Positions 38,308 to 48,066 of a stretch of DNA of 64,000 bases are shown one piece after another. The number at the start of each line of letters is the position of its first letter. Positions within the stretch are counted from its first letter, which is position 1. A program made the translations under genes and the position numbers. Source of the stretch: Shigella phage SSP1; sequence record KY963424; one strand, written 5' to 3'. The notes under the pieces were generated by a model that was given only the letters and a program-made list of their open reading frames with translations, had not been told where the DNA came from and searched no databases.

Positions 38308-38550
38308 ATGGGAAACGTCGTTCATCTGAGCCGTAAAACTAAAATACATCGTACTTCACTGAGTGCTGCTAATATGATTACACGTAAGGAAGGGGAAGAA
38401 AGTCCTAAGACAACCCTAGCGTGGAAAATTGTAACCTCAAATCCAAATAAACCATTCAATTATAACGAGTTGAGCACCTCCATAGATATTCTATTAAAAG
38501 AGGCAGCTAGAGCTAAAGTAATTGAACAAGCTAAAAAGCTAGACTGGTAA
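38308..38550 (+). CDS. Hypothetical protein (80 aa)
   Basis: ATG with GGGGAAGG RBS immediately after phoH stop. Confidence 0.45.
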   Translation: MGNVVHLSRKTKIHRTSLSAANMITRKEGEESPKTTLAWKIVTSNPNKPFNYNELSTSIDILLKEAARAKVIEQAKKLDW

Positions 38551-38671
38551 TATACAGGGCCTGGGTATGAAAATACTCGGGCCTTTTCTATCAGAAAATT
38601 TTATTTGCCTAATGACCGATAATAAAGTAGAATATTCCTTAAATCCTGATAACTATAAAAAGGAAAGCCAA

Positions 38672-41002
38672 ATGAGTCATCGCATTGAAAAAGTAATTAA
38701 ACGTGACGGTACTGTAGAAGACTTTGCTCCTGAAAAAATCAATGGTTGGGCAGAGTATGGTTGCAAAACAGTTGATGTAAGTTGGTCAGCCATTACTATG
38801 GCTGCTCAAAAAACTCTGCCTAAAGGGGTTGTAGATTCCGACACTCTGATGGATGCATTAATTAAAGCTGCTGAAAGTCTTATTAAAGATAATCCAGCAT
38901 ATGATGTGCCAGCAAAGGAATTACGTCTTGCGCAAATGCGTAAACGCCTTTATGATTCTTTCGAACCACCTTCTCTACGCTTCTTCCATGATCACATGGT
39001 TAGCGTAGGTGCATGGGAAGACATGAGTGCATGGATTACCGATGAGCAATTTGAAGCTCTGAATCAGGTTATCGACCATGATCGTGACCGTCTTTTTACT
39101 AGTGGTGGGCTGAAGCAGTTCTTTGATAAGTATTCCCGTCGTAACATAGCCACTGGTGAAATCTATGAAACTCCGCAGTTTGCCTACATGGGTATGGCAA
39201 TGGCGATGTTATCTCAACCTAACTGGACAATTCTAGATGCAATCGACCTCTACAACGCAATGTCACTCCACAAAATCAACGTTCCTACGCCGCCACTGGT
39301 TGGTCTGCGCTCTAGTGACCGTGGATTTGCTAGTTGCTGCCTCGTGGATTCCACTGACACGTTGGATTCAATCGACACCGCCGAGCACATCGTCTTCAAA
39401 ATGGTCGCAGCCAGAGCGGGAATCGGGTATCATCTTGAAAGCCGATCAATTGCTGATCCGGTGCGAAATGGGGCATTCCCGCATTCCGGAAAACTGCCAT
39501 ATTATCGACACATTGACCGCTCAGTAAAGGCCAATACTCAGCAAACTCGTGGTGGTTCTGCTACAGTGTCTTATCCGTACTTCGACCCTGAAATCATTCA
39601 ATTGATGCAGGTTAAGCAGCAACGTGCTACAGATGAGAATAAAATCGATAAGATGGATTATTCTCTGAGCTTTAACAATCTTTTGTTAAAACGTTATCTT
39701 AAAAACGAAGATATTACGCTAATGTCATACTTCTATGCTCCAGAAGTTCATGAAGCGTTTTATAGTGATGACGAGGCTAAATTTGAAGAAATCTACGTGG
39801 CAGCGGAGAAACGTGTGGCATCTCTTACAAAGATCGACCACGAAGGAAAAACAGTTCCAGCAGCTCCTAAAGTCTCTGCAAAAGAAATCCTAGATACTTG
39901 GCTACGTATCCGAATGGAAACAGGACGTATGTATGCTCATCACATCGGGGAATCTAATCGTCACGGTAACTTCCTTGATCCGATCCGTATGACAAACCTT
40001 TGTGTTGAAATTACTCAGCCTACACGCCCATTCCATCATATCACGGAACTGTATAAAACAAAAGAACAACTTGATCAAATGAAGCCGGAGGATATTGGTG
40101 AAGTATCTCTGTGTAACTTAGGTGGTGTTGTACTTGGACGCATGGAATCTCTGGCCGAGTGGGAAAAAACTTGCTACATCCTCCTGAAATTCGTTGATAC
40201 AATTATTGAAATTCAGGATTATCCGTTCCCAACTATGGAATATACGGCTAAGAAACGTCGTAATGTTGGTATTGGCCTGATGAACGCAGCAGGTGCAATG
40301 GCAGCAGAAGGTCTGGCTTATGAAGGTATTGAAGCCCGTAACTGGATTCACCGTGAGGCTGAAAAACTGTCTTACTTCCTGCATAAAGCCTCTGTACGCC
40401 TAGCTAAAGAACAGGGCGCATGTGAGTGGTTTGATCGTACTAAACCATCTAAAGGAATTCTGGTAATCGACACGTACAAGAAAACTGTTGATGAACTGGT
40501 ATCCGTAGGTCTAGAAATGGATTGGGAGTCTCTACGTGCAGATATTCTGAAATATGGTATGCGTAACTCTGTTCTGACTGCTCAGATGCCGGGAGAAAGT
40601 TCTTCTGTTCTGTTAGGTGTTACTAACTCTATCGAACCACCTCGTAAGATTGTATCTATCAAGGGTAGTGCAGTTAATAAAGTAATTGCAATTGCTCCAG
40701 GTGCAACCGATTGGGAAACGTTAATGAGCTATAAACTGGCTTATGATGTAGATCGTATCGAGTGGATCAAGTGGGTAGCAACTATGCAGAAATTCTTCAG
40801 TCAGTCTATCAGTACGAATATGTACTATGACTACACCAAGTTTGAGAATGAAATCATTCCTGGCCCAGTAGTAGTTCGTGATTTCATGACTGCTGTTAAG
40901 TATGGGTGGAAAACTTGGTATTATGCTAACTTCAATACCGCAAATGGTGGAGGTGCTGGAGAAGAAGCAGCCGGTTGTGCATCCGGCGGTTGTACTATTT
41001 AA
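38672..41002 (+). CDS. nrdA: Ribonucleoside-diphosphate reductase, alpha subunit (class Ia)
   Basis: N-terminal ATP-cone (IKRDGTVEDF), catalytic core, C-terminal CxxxxC tail; start at MSHRIEK with AAAAGGAAAG RBS. Confidence 0.9.
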   Translation: MSHRIEKVIKRDGTVEDFAPEKINGWAEYGCKTVDVSWSAITMAAQKTLPKGVVDSDTLMDALIKAAESLIKDNPAYDVPAKELRLAQMRKRLYDSFEPPSLRFFHDHMVSVGAWEDMSAWITDEQFEALNQVIDHDRDRLFTSGGLKQFFDKYSRRNIATGEIYETPQFAYMGMAMAMLSQPNWTILDAIDLYNAMSLHKINVPTPPLVGLRSSDRGFASCCLVDSTDTLDSIDTAEHIVFKMVAARAGIGYHLESRSIADPVRNGAFPHSGKLPYYRHIDRSVKANTQQTRGGSATVSYPYFDPEIIQLMQVKQQRATDENKIDKMDYSLSFNNLLLKRYLKNEDITLMSYFYAPEVHEAFYSDDEAKFEEIYVAAEKRVASLTKIDHEGKTVPAAPKVSAKEILDTWLRIRMETGRMYAHHIGESNRHGNFLDPIRMTNLCVEITQPTRPFHHITELYKTKEQLDQMKPEDIGEVSLCNLGGVVLGRMESLAEWEKTCYILLKFVDTIIEIQDYPFPTMEYTAKKRRNVGIGLMNAAGAMAAEGLAYEGIEARNWIHREAEKLSYFLHKASVRLAKEQGACEWFDRTKPSKGILVIDTYKKTVDELVSVGLEMDWESLRADILKYGMRNSVLTAQMPGESSSVLLGVTNSIEPPRKIVSIKGSAVNKVIAIAPGATDWETLMSYKLAYDVDRIEWIKWVATMQKFFSQSISTNMYYDYTKFENEIIPGPVVVRDFMTAVKYGWKTWYYANFNTANGGGAGEEAAGCASGGCTI

Positions 41003-41010
41003 TAAAAACA

Positions 41011-41038
41011 AGGAGATCTTCGGGTCTCCTTTTTCTTT
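41011..41038 (+). terminator. Intrinsic terminator after nrdA
   Basis: GGAGATC-TTCG-GGTCTCC hairpin followed by TTTTTCTTT. Confidence 0.65.
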
Positions 41039-41048
41039 GAAATTTTAC

Positions 41049-41078
41049 TTGCTAATCGCTACCAGATTTGCTATAATA
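41049..41078 (+). promoter_or_regulatory. T5-type early promoter (TTGCTA-18-TATAAT)
   Basis: AAATTTTACTTGCTAATCGCTACCAGATTTGCTATAAT. Confidence 0.6.
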
Positions 41079-41108
41079 TTCCTGAAATAGTGAGAAAGAG
41101 GAAAATCA

Positions 41109-42254
41109 ATGACTACTTTACTAAACCTGAACTGGGATCATACTAACGCTGACCTTTTCCTGGGAGATTCTCTCGGTATCGCAGATTATGTACGTGTAGC
41201 ACATCCAGAACTAGAACGTCTGGCACTTCTGCAACGCTCTCAATTTTGGACTGAAACTGAAATCAGTCTGGAAGCAGATAAGAAACAATGGCCTAATCTC
41301 CCGCGTGAAATTCAGGAAATTACACTCCTGAACTTAGCATGGCAGACTCAAACAGATTCCTTTATCAGTCGTGCTCCTGAAGCAGCTATTATGCCGCTTG
41401 TAAGTCGTCCAGAATTGGAAGGTATGCTCAAGCAGTGGAGCTACTTCGAAGATCTACATAGTCGTGCTTATAGCAATATTATTCGTAATGTGCTAACTGA
41501 TCCAGCAGAATTTATTGATTCTGTAACCAAAAACCAAGAAGCATTCGCACGCATCGCTGATTCTGTTGAACTATTCGATGAACTGTACCAGTTAGGTCAG
41601 TATTTCATCGCAGTACGCGATCATCGTGGCGACAATACATATCCAGAAACTGAGTTCCCTGAAGTTAAACGTGAAACTCAGGCTAAACTATTAGACGCTT
41701 ACTTTGCGATCTATGGTCTGGAAGCAATGCAGTTTTACGCATCCTTTGCATGTACCTTTGCATTAGCAGAGAACGATATTCTGCAAGGTATTGCTAAAAA
41801 TCTGCAATTAATCGCTAAAGATGAAGCTCTGCACACTCAGATGTCCAAAGCAATCATCCAGATTATGTTCCAGCAGTTTGACAAAGACCTGGTGGATGAA
41901 GCAGTGGCTAAAGCACCAGCACAGCTCCTGAAAACTCTGAAAACTGAAATTGAATGGGGTCACTTCATTTTCAAAGGTCGTAGTCTGATTGGCTTGAATG
42001 CAGAACTTCTAGAAGAATATCTGTACTTTGTGGGGCGTAATGCATTTATGCACATCGGTGTAGAATGGCCAAGTAACCTGCCGGTAATCACCAAGAACCC
42101 TATTCCATGGATCATGAACTGGTTGGATACCACTTCTTTACAGCCTGCTCCACAAGAAATCCAGATTGGTGCAGCATATCGTGTAGGTCAGGTAACTGAG
42201 ACCTCTACTGATACTCTGAAAGATCTGGGCAATGAATTTGGAGATTTCTTATGA
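41109..42254 (+). CDS. nrdB: Ribonucleoside-diphosphate reductase, beta subunit
   Basis: 381 aa; di-iron/tyrosyl radical ferritin-like fold; follows nrdA. Confidence 0.9.
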   Translation: MTTLLNLNWDHTNADLFLGDSLGIADYVRVAHPELERLALLQRSQFWTETEISLEADKKQWPNLPREIQEITLLNLAWQTQTDSFISRAPEAAIMPLVSRPELEGMLKQWSYFEDLHSRAYSNIIRNVLTDPAEFIDSVTKNQEAFARIADSVELFDELYQLGQYFIAVRDHRGDNTYPETEFPEVKRETQAKLLDAYFAIYGLEAMQFYASFACTFALAENDILQGIAKNLQLIAKDEALHTQMSKAIIQIMFQQFDKDLVDEAVAKAPAQLLKTLKTEIEWGHFIFKGRSLIGLNAELLEEYLYFVGRNAFMHIGVEWPSNLPVITKNPIPWIMNWLDTTSLQPAPQEIQIGAAYRVGQVTETSTDTLKDLGNEFGDFL

Positions 42255-42784
42255 TAACGGCATTATATGCAGTTGGGCCGAATGGGGAGTTCGGCCTCCG
42301 AGGTAAACTCCCCTGGGGTTCCTTCAAAGAAGAACTAGATGCTTTCTACTCTCAACTGGACGTGTTGAACCCAGATAACATCATCATTGGTGCGGGCACT
42401 TATTTAGCACTTCCAGAAGTTGTTCGGCAACGTATGATTGGAGAATCTGACCTCTTTATTCGTGCGGATCGTCCTCTGCCTGATGATATTAAACATGGTA
42501 TTTACACTCCAATTTCTAAGATTGGGGATACATTACCTACGTTCTTAAAAGATCAACAGACAGTGGTTTTAGGTGGTGCAACATTACTGTACGAAATGTA
42601 TATTCATGGACATATTGAAAGTGCTTTTGTATCAACAATCTTTAGTAATCAAAAACTAGAGGCAGATGTACATCTGGATAATATGATTCTAGATTACAAC
42701 TATGAATCTACTCGTTTAGTTTACGCAACTGGCGCAAACAGTGATAACAGCCTGCGATTTGTACAGGAATTGGTTACTTATTAA
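42251..42784 (+). CDS. Dihydrofolate reductase
   Basis: MITALYAVGPNGEFG...LPW DHFR N-terminal signature; translationally coupled to nrdB and thyA. Confidence 0.85.
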   Translation: MITALYAVGPNGEFGLRGKLPWGSFKEELDAFYSQLDVLNPDNIIIGAGTYLALPEVVRQRMIGESDLFIRADRPLPDDIKHGIYTPISKIGDTLPTFLKDQQTVVLGGATLLYEMYIHGHIESAFVSTIFSNQKLEADVHLDNMILDYNYESTRLVYATGANSDNSLRFVQELVTY

Positions 42785-43623
42785 TGCAACAATATTTAAA
42801 AATTCTAACAGATGTAATTCTACTAGGTGAACCACGTAACGATCGTACAGGAACAGGCACAGTTTCAATTTTTGATTCCTATGCTAAGTTCGACCTACGT
42901 GAAGGATTCCCTGCCGTAACCACTAAACGTCTAGCTTGGAAATCGGTAGTTGGAGAACTCTTATGGTTTTTATCTGGATCTACAAATCTCCATGATCTGC
43001 GAGTATTCACATTTGGGCGTGACGAAGGACAGTGGACTATCTGGACTCCAAATTATGAAGACCAAGCCATAAGCATGGGTTATGACAGGGGTAATCTGGG
43101 GCCAGTATATGGTAAACAATGGCGCAACTTTGGTGGACGAGATCAGATCCTAGAACTCATTGAGGGTCTTAAGAATAATCCACATGGTCGTAGACACCTA
43201 GTATCTGCATGGAACGTTGCCGAACTAGATAAGATGGCACTACCACCATGTCACTATGGTTTCCAGTGTTACGTAAGTAATGATGGATACTTAGATCTTA
43301 AATGGACACAACGTTCTGTAGACTGTTTTCTAGGTCTGCCTTTTAATATTGCTAGCTATGCTTTATTAACACATATCCTGGCAAAACTGACTGGATTAAA
43401 ACCTCGTTATCTCATCTTTAGTGGTGGAGATACACATATTTACAGTGATCATATAGAGCAAGTAGAGGAGCAAATGAAACGTAAACCACGTCCTTTGCCA
43501 ACTCTAGTAATGCCAGAGTTTGTAGATCTCTATGATTTATTAGAGAATAATACTGCGGCTTGGTCCTTCCAACTTGAAGGATATGATCCACATCCCGCTC
43601 TTAAAGCTAAAATGTCCTCTTAA
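42784..43623 (+). CDS. thyA: Thymidylate synthase
   Basis: RNDRTGTGT, catalytic PPCH, and DxxxxxxNxxxY motifs. Confidence 0.9.
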   Translation: MQQYLKILTDVILLGEPRNDRTGTGTVSIFDSYAKFDLREGFPAVTTKRLAWKSVVGELLWFLSGSTNLHDLRVFTFGRDEGQWTIWTPNYEDQAISMGYDRGNLGPVYGKQWRNFGGRDQILELIEGLKNNPHGRRHLVSAWNVAELDKMALPPCHYGFQCYVSNDGYLDLKWTQRSVDCFLGLPFNIASYALLTHILAKLTGLKPRYLIFSGGDTHIYSDHIEQVEEQMKRKPRPLPTLVMPEFVDLYDLLENNTAAWSFQLEGYDPHPALKAKMSS

Positions 43624-43627
43624 CTTA

Positions 43628-43650
43628 AGTAGCCCTTCGGGGCTATTATA
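43628..43650 (+). terminator. Intrinsic terminator after thyA
   Basis: AGCCC-TTCG-GGGCT hairpin followed by ATTATATTT. Confidence 0.6.
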
Positions 43651-43693
43651 TTTGAAATTGTACTTGCTTATTAAGTACAATTTCAAATATAAT
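43651..43693 (+). promoter_or_regulatory. Early promoter embedded in a 15-17 bp perfect inverted repeat (TTGCTT-18-TATAAT)
   Basis: TTTGAAATTGTACTTGCTTATTAAGTACAATTTCAAATATAAT; the two arms are exact reverse complements flanking the -35. Confidence 0.55.
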
Positions 43694-43722
43694 ATACTCA
43701 ATAAGTACAAAAGGATAATAAA

Positions 43723-44106
43723 ATGAGTAAAGAAATTGAATTAGAACAAGCCCTTCTGAATTACTCCAATTACTTGCAGGGTGATAAAGAAACTATTACT
43801 AAGGAACAGGTATTATTAATACTAGACTCTATCACTTCTAAATTCAGGACTTTAGAAGACTACTACTCTGTAGGCAATGGAGATGAGAAGGTAGAGTTAT
43901 GTCTAAATCTCCTAGAAGATATGGGTTGGGATGAGGAAGATCAAGTAGGGTATTTAGGTATATCTACAGAAATTCTAGAAAATACAGAGCATGAAAATAT
44001 ACTTGAAGTAAAGAGCAGAAGTGCTATTCGATATAATACTTATGGTACAGGTATTACAGGAATAAAAGCATTACTTAGTATAGACATAGGATGGTTAGAT
44101 GAGTAA
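43723..44106 (+). CDS. Hypothetical protein (127 aa)
   Basis: ORF with GGATAA RBS-like sequence. Confidence 0.5.
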   Translation: MSKEIELEQALLNYSNYLQGDKETITKEQVLLILDSITSKFRTLEDYYSVGNGDEKVELCLNLLEDMGWDEEDQVGYLGISTEILENTEHENILEVKSRSAIRYNTYGTGITGIKALLSIDIGWLDE

Positions 44107-44647
44107 AAAGTTACCTAGCCAAGAAAGATTAAAAGAAATACTAATCTATGATCCAGATACTGGTATATTTACTAATAAGGTAAGTCGTGGTAGGGGAGGA
44201 AAAGCAGGTTCGCCAGCTGGATACCTAAGAAAAGATGGCTATATAACTATTAAGATAGATAAAATAGATTATTTAGCGCATAGGTTAGCCTTTCTATACA
44301 TGACAGGATCAATACCTGATTTAATAGACCACAAAAATAGAATTAGGTCAGATAATAGGTGGATAAATCTAAGAGAAGCTACAAGCCAGTCTAATAACAG
44401 AAATTGTACCGCATCGAGTAAATCTGGATATCTAGGTGTACACTGGAACAAACAACTACAGAAATGGCAAGTACAGGTGATTGATAATAATGGTAAAAAT
44501 ATTTACGGGGGTGTTTTTGATTACTTAGACCTAGAAAGTGCGGTCATAAAGGCTAATGAACTAAGAAAAACACTTCATGGTAGCGAAGCAGTTATAGAAG
44601 ATTTCTATACCAACTATTACCCACCAATAGAGGAACTTAATAAGTGA
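44099..44647 (+). CDS. HNH homing endonuclease with AP2 domain
   Basis: DHKNRIRSDNRWINLREATSQSNNRN (HNH) and GVHWNKQLQKWQVQVIDNNGKNIYGGVFD (AP2-like). Confidence 0.75.
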   Translation: MSKKLPSQERLKEILIYDPDTGIFTNKVSRGRGGKAGSPAGYLRKDGYITIKIDKIDYLAHRLAFLYMTGSIPDLIDHKNRIRSDNRWINLREATSQSNNRNCTASSKSGYLGVHWNKQLQKWQVQVIDNNGKNIYGGVFDYLDLESAVIKANELRKTLHGSEAVIEDFYTNYYPPIEELNK

Positions 44648-45120
44648 GCGTTTTCCACATTTACACAGATGGTGCTTGTAAGTCTAACCCAGGTCCAGGT
44701 GCTTGGGGTTTTATTGTTTATGATGATAACGACGATCGTTTAGGTTCTAAATCTGGTTATAATCCTAAAACTACAAATAATGAGATGGAACTCACAGCTA
44801 TTGTAGAAGCTTTACGTTGGTCTGTTAAAAAAGATAATAGACCAATTGCTATCTATACTGACTCTGCTTATTGCAAAAATGGCATGGAAAGTTGGATGTT
44901 TTCTTGGCAAAGGAAAGGCTGGAAGAAAGCAGATGGTGAAGTTCCTCTTAATCTAGAACTTTGGCAGGAAGCATTTAAATTAACACAGCAGTATATCAAC
45001 TTTCATAATACTAATCCTACCTTTATTAAGGTTAAAGGACATTCTGGTATTAGTGGTAATGAAGCTGTAGATGCATTGTGTAATACTGTTATTACTGAAG
45101 CTGAAATGGCTGAGATGTAA
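44644..45120 (+). CDS. Ribonuclease H
   Basis: IYTDGACKSNPGPGAWG...TNNEMEL...YTDS...H motifs of RNase HI. Confidence 0.8.
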   Translation: MSVFHIYTDGACKSNPGPGAWGFIVYDDNDDRLGSKSGYNPKTTNNEMELTAIVEALRWSVKKDNRPIAIYTDSAYCKNGMESWMFSWQRKGWKKADGEVPLNLELWQEAFKLTQQYINFHNTNPTFIKVKGHSGISGNEAVDALCNTVITEAEMAEM

Positions 45121-45140
45121 TAAATAAATTAAAAATTCAC

Positions 45141-45169
45141 TTGCTTAAAGCCCTCTAATTTAGTATAAT
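45141..45169 (+). promoter_or_regulatory. T5-type early promoter (TTGCTT-17-TATAAT)
   Basis: AAAAATTCACTTGCTTAAAGCCCTCTAATTTAGTATAAT. Confidence 0.65.
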
Positions 45170-45196
45170 ATTCGTATTGAAAGTGAGGAGGGCTTT

Positions 45197-45481
45197 ATGC
45201 GGATTTATAACTCAAATTCATTAGGATTTAAGCCATTGAGAAAACGTGCACAATCACCTCGTCAAATAAGAAAGGCTAATATTGGTGAGCCAGAAACACG
45301 TCTTCCACCTCCTCCAGAGCAACGTTTAGTTTATCTGGACGAAGAGTTAGCTGAACGCGAAAGAAAAGCTCAAGAAGAGATTGAGCGTAAGAAAATGTGT
45401 ACTGCTCCAGCCTACTCCAAAGGGGCTTATCAGTATATCTATACAGCCGAGGAGGCTAAAGATGCGGGGCGTAAAAAATGA
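45197..45481 (+). CDS. Hypothetical protein (94 aa)
   Basis: ORF with GAGGAGGG RBS. Confidence 0.5.
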   Translation: MRIYNSNSLGFKPLRKRAQSPRQIRKANIGEPETRLPPPPEQRLVYLDEELAERERKAQEEIERKKMCTAPAYSKGAYQYIYTAEEAKDAGRKK

Positions 45482-45927
45482 AGATTACCGAATTTAAAGG
45501 TACTTATAGTTTCTTATCTAACTTTTATTTATCACCAATTACTTTCGAATACCTAAACGAGATATGGCATGCTGATACTGTAGAACATGCTTTTCAGGCT
45601 ATGAAATCCGACCAAAAAGATGATGTAGCTCATGTACTGCGCTCCCTAAATGCAGGTGTTGCCAAACGTAGAGGACGTAAATTAACTCTGCGCTCTGACT
45701 GGGATAAGGTAAAAGATGATGTAATGCTAGAGCTTTTACGGTTAAAGTTTGCAATCCCTGATTTGAGAGACAAACTGTTAGCAACAAAAAATGCAACTTT
45801 GATCGAAGGAAATACCTGGGGAGATACATATTGGGGTGTTTGCCGAGGAATCGGGGATAATACTTTAGGAGTTCTTTTGATGCAGGTAAGGTCTGAAATT
45901 AAAAGAAGCTTACAGTTAATAAATTAA
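45478..45927 (+). CDS. NADAR-family (YbiA/DUF1768-like) protein
   Basis: 149 aa; FLSNFY...EHAFQA...KSDW...GxxxWG pattern typical of the NADAR domain. Confidence 0.6.
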   Translation: MKITEFKGTYSFLSNFYLSPITFEYLNEIWHADTVEHAFQAMKSDQKDDVAHVLRSLNAGVAKRRGRKLTLRSDWDKVKDDVMLELLRLKFAIPDLRDKLLATKNATLIEGNTWGDTYWGVCRGIGDNTLGVLLMQVRSEIKRSLQLIN

Positions 45928-45935
45928 AAATTCAT

Positions 45936-45964
45936 TTGCTAAACGCTTCAAATTCTCGTATAAT
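45936..45964 (+). promoter_or_regulatory. T5-type early promoter (TTGCTA-17-TATAAT)
   Basis: AAAAATTCATTTGCTAAACGCTTCAAATTCTCGTATAAT + CATAAATTGA box. Confidence 0.65.
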
Positions 45965-46002
45965 ATACTTCATAAATTGATAAACAAAAAGGAAAACAAA
46001 TA

Positions 46003-46518
46003 ATGGCTAAGCAGAAAAACGCAAAAACTCAAGCAGCTCCGGCAGTTAAAACTTTCCCGAAGACTGAGGCTAATCGCAAAGCTCGTCTGGAACGTCACCT
46101 GCGTAAGCATCCTACCGATGCTCAGGCTGCGCAAGCACTGAATAATCCGGCTCCGATTCGTCAGAAGCCTAAAGCTAAAAATGCCACCCGTAAATCCTAC
46201 AAAATGGTTATGTATGTAGAAAATTACGGCCACAAATCTGTCCCAGTTTCCCTGAGCTTCAACGCCGGGGCTGAATTGTTCTCTCGTAATGGCATGGCTA
46301 TGAAAGACTATGAGAAAGCAGTTAACCAAAAACGTAAACCAACGGCAGACGTACTACGTGATGCTCGTGGACAGTTTGGTTCTGTTAAGCCAAATATCTT
46401 TGGCGTAGAGTATAGTAAAGATAACGTTCGCGCTCTGTGTTACGGCGTAGGTATTAAGTTCACGGGTGATTCTGCTCGTAAATCTGCTAAACCAGCTCGT
46501 AAGCGTAAAGCGAAGTAA
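46003..46518 (+). CDS. Basic hypothetical protein (171 aa), Lys/Arg-rich termini
   Basis: Strong RBS AAAAGGAAAACAAATAATG; high-GC host-like codon usage. Confidence 0.55.
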   Translation: MAKQKNAKTQAAPAVKTFPKTEANRKARLERHLRKHPTDAQAAQALNNPAPIRQKPKAKNATRKSYKMVMYVENYGHKSVPVSLSFNAGAELFSRNGMAMKDYEKAVNQKRKPTADVLRDARGQFGSVKPNIFGVEYSKDNVRALCYGVGIKFTGDSARKSAKPARKRKAK

Positions 46519-46582
46519 TAGATAAATAGGGGCTTCTGCCCCTACAATCTACTAATTCTCTAACTAATCAAGGATATTTTTT

Positions 46583-46798
46583 ATGTTCTCTAAGAAACCA
46601 CGTTCCGTTACTGAAATCGTTGCTTCCTTTACCACTATCACTGATGAGCTTCAAGCCCGTATTGAAGCTGATCAAAAAATTGCTGCGGATATTCAGAAAC
46701 AGCAGGAAGAACTCGCTTTAAAGTTGGCTGAAACCAACAAGAGTGAAAAATCTGCCCAAACTATTATGGAAAATATCCTTAAACTGCTGGGTAAGTAA
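46583..46798 (+). CDS. Hypothetical protein (71 aa)
   Basis: ORF with AAGGA RBS. Confidence 0.45.
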   Translation: MFSKKPRSVTEIVASFTTITDELQARIEADQKIAADIQKQQEELALKLAETNKSEKSAQTIMENILKLLGK

Positions 46799-46799
46799 T

Positions 46800-47060
46800 A
46801 TGAAAGAAAATAACGCTCGTATTATGTCAGGTATGCTGCAACGCCTGTTCTACGATGGTGCAGTAAAAGCGTACAAAACTGAATTTCCAAATATCTGGAA
46901 ACTAGAGTTTCGGTCATCAGATGACCCAGATTTTTTGTACAACCAAACATTTACTTGGTATGAATATTCTGATGAGTGTGAACAGTTTAGCGAGGGCTAC
47001 TTCGTTACGCCTGGAGAGGCTCAGGCTGCTTTAGAGCATTACTGTCGAACTTGTCTTTGA
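46800..47060 (+). CDS. Hypothetical protein (86 aa)
   Basis: Start MKENNAR coupled to upstream stop. Confidence 0.45.
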   Translation: MKENNARIMSGMLQRLFYDGAVKAYKTEFPNIWKLEFRSSDDPDFLYNQTFTWYEYSDECEQFSEGYFVTPGEAQAALEHYCRTCL

Positions 47061-47065
47061 TAGGT

Positions 47066-47095
47066 AGGGGGCGAAAGCCCCTCTTATTTGGAGAA
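47066..47095 (+). terminator. Intrinsic terminator
   Basis: AGGGGGCG-AAA-GCCCCTCT hairpin followed by TATTT. Confidence 0.55.
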
Positions 47096-47098
47096 ACT

Positions 47099-47335
47099 AT
47101 GCGTAATTTTGTAGCAAAGAATGATTTTAACCGTGCTAGCACCCATAAGTCAGCTAGGGATTATACACGACTTTCTAGTCATGAGGTAATGGATACTTGT
47201 TATGAAGAGCTGGAAGGTAGCTGGAATGAGTGGCCCGACTTCTCTATGGAAGAGAACTGGGATGTCGGTGAGGATATGCTTCCTGGTTTTAAAGACCCCA
47301 AGAAGTGGGAGTCTATTAAAGAGACAGCTCTTTAA
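47099..47335 (+). CDS. Hypothetical acidic protein (78 aa)
   Basis: Start MRNFVAK after terminator. Confidence 0.4.
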   Translation: MRNFVAKNDFNRASTHKSARDYTRLSSHEVMDTCYEELEGSWNEWPDFSMEENWDVGEDMLPGFKDPKKWESIKETAL

Positions 47336-47363
47336 TAGTTTTCTACACAATAAAGGATAAGTT

Positions 47364-48065
47364 ATGAAAGTAAAACCATTTGGTATGCTAGATATTGAAT
47401 CTCTAGGAACTCCAGGAGATTGTGGTACTACTCATATCGCAATGCCTTCTTTCGCTTTTGTGGCTATGCATGGAATTGATAAAGATCCTGATCTAGTATT
47501 TGTTACTTTGGATGTACAAGATCAGCTTAATTCTGGTGCTAAAGTTACAGCATCTACTCTAGCATTCTGGATGGATCAAGCTAAAAATAGCCCGTCTGCT
47601 ATCCACATTATGGAAGCTATGAAGGAACGTAATCCAAAACTGATTGCCTTCCAAAATGGTAAACATCATTGCACTAATAAATTAGGCTCAAACTATGCTG
47701 CCTTCTCTATGGCTCAAAATATTATGGAGTTGGCTCTAGGCGAAAACGCTTTGTATTATGGCAATGGTCCAGAGTTTGATATGACTATCTACTCCGCAAA
47801 TACGTTCCATGCTGGAACCAATGGAGAGGTAGTTCCGTGGAAATTCTGGAATTTGGGCAATGTTCGATCTCTTCGTAATCTCTGGATGCAAACTGGCTAT
47901 AGTTATAAAGCTCTAGAAACCGAAGGTATTAGCTGGGCAATAGCTAAAATGGAGAAGATGGACACCATTCGTTATGGGATCTATCCGGTTAAGCACGACC
48001 CAGCATTCGATGCCCTAGTTGAGAGCTATTGTGTTGCAGCTATGATCGAAAAAATGAAAATTTGA
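47364..48065 (+). CDS. Putative DEDDh 3'-5' exonuclease
   Basis: MLDIESLG (Exo I-like D-x-E) and KHDPAFDA (Exo III H-x4-D) motifs; tentative. Confidence 0.45.
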   Translation: MKVKPFGMLDIESLGTPGDCGTTHIAMPSFAFVAMHGIDKDPDLVFVTLDVQDQLNSGAKVTASTLAFWMDQAKNSPSAIHIMEAMKERNPKLIAFQNGKHHCTNKLGSNYAAFSMAQNIMELALGENALYYGNGPEFDMTIYSANTFHAGTNGEVVPWKFWNLGNVRSLRNLWMQTGYSYKALETEGISWAIAKMEKMDTIRYGIYPVKHDPAFDALVESYCVAAMIEKMKI

Positions 48066-48066
48066 T

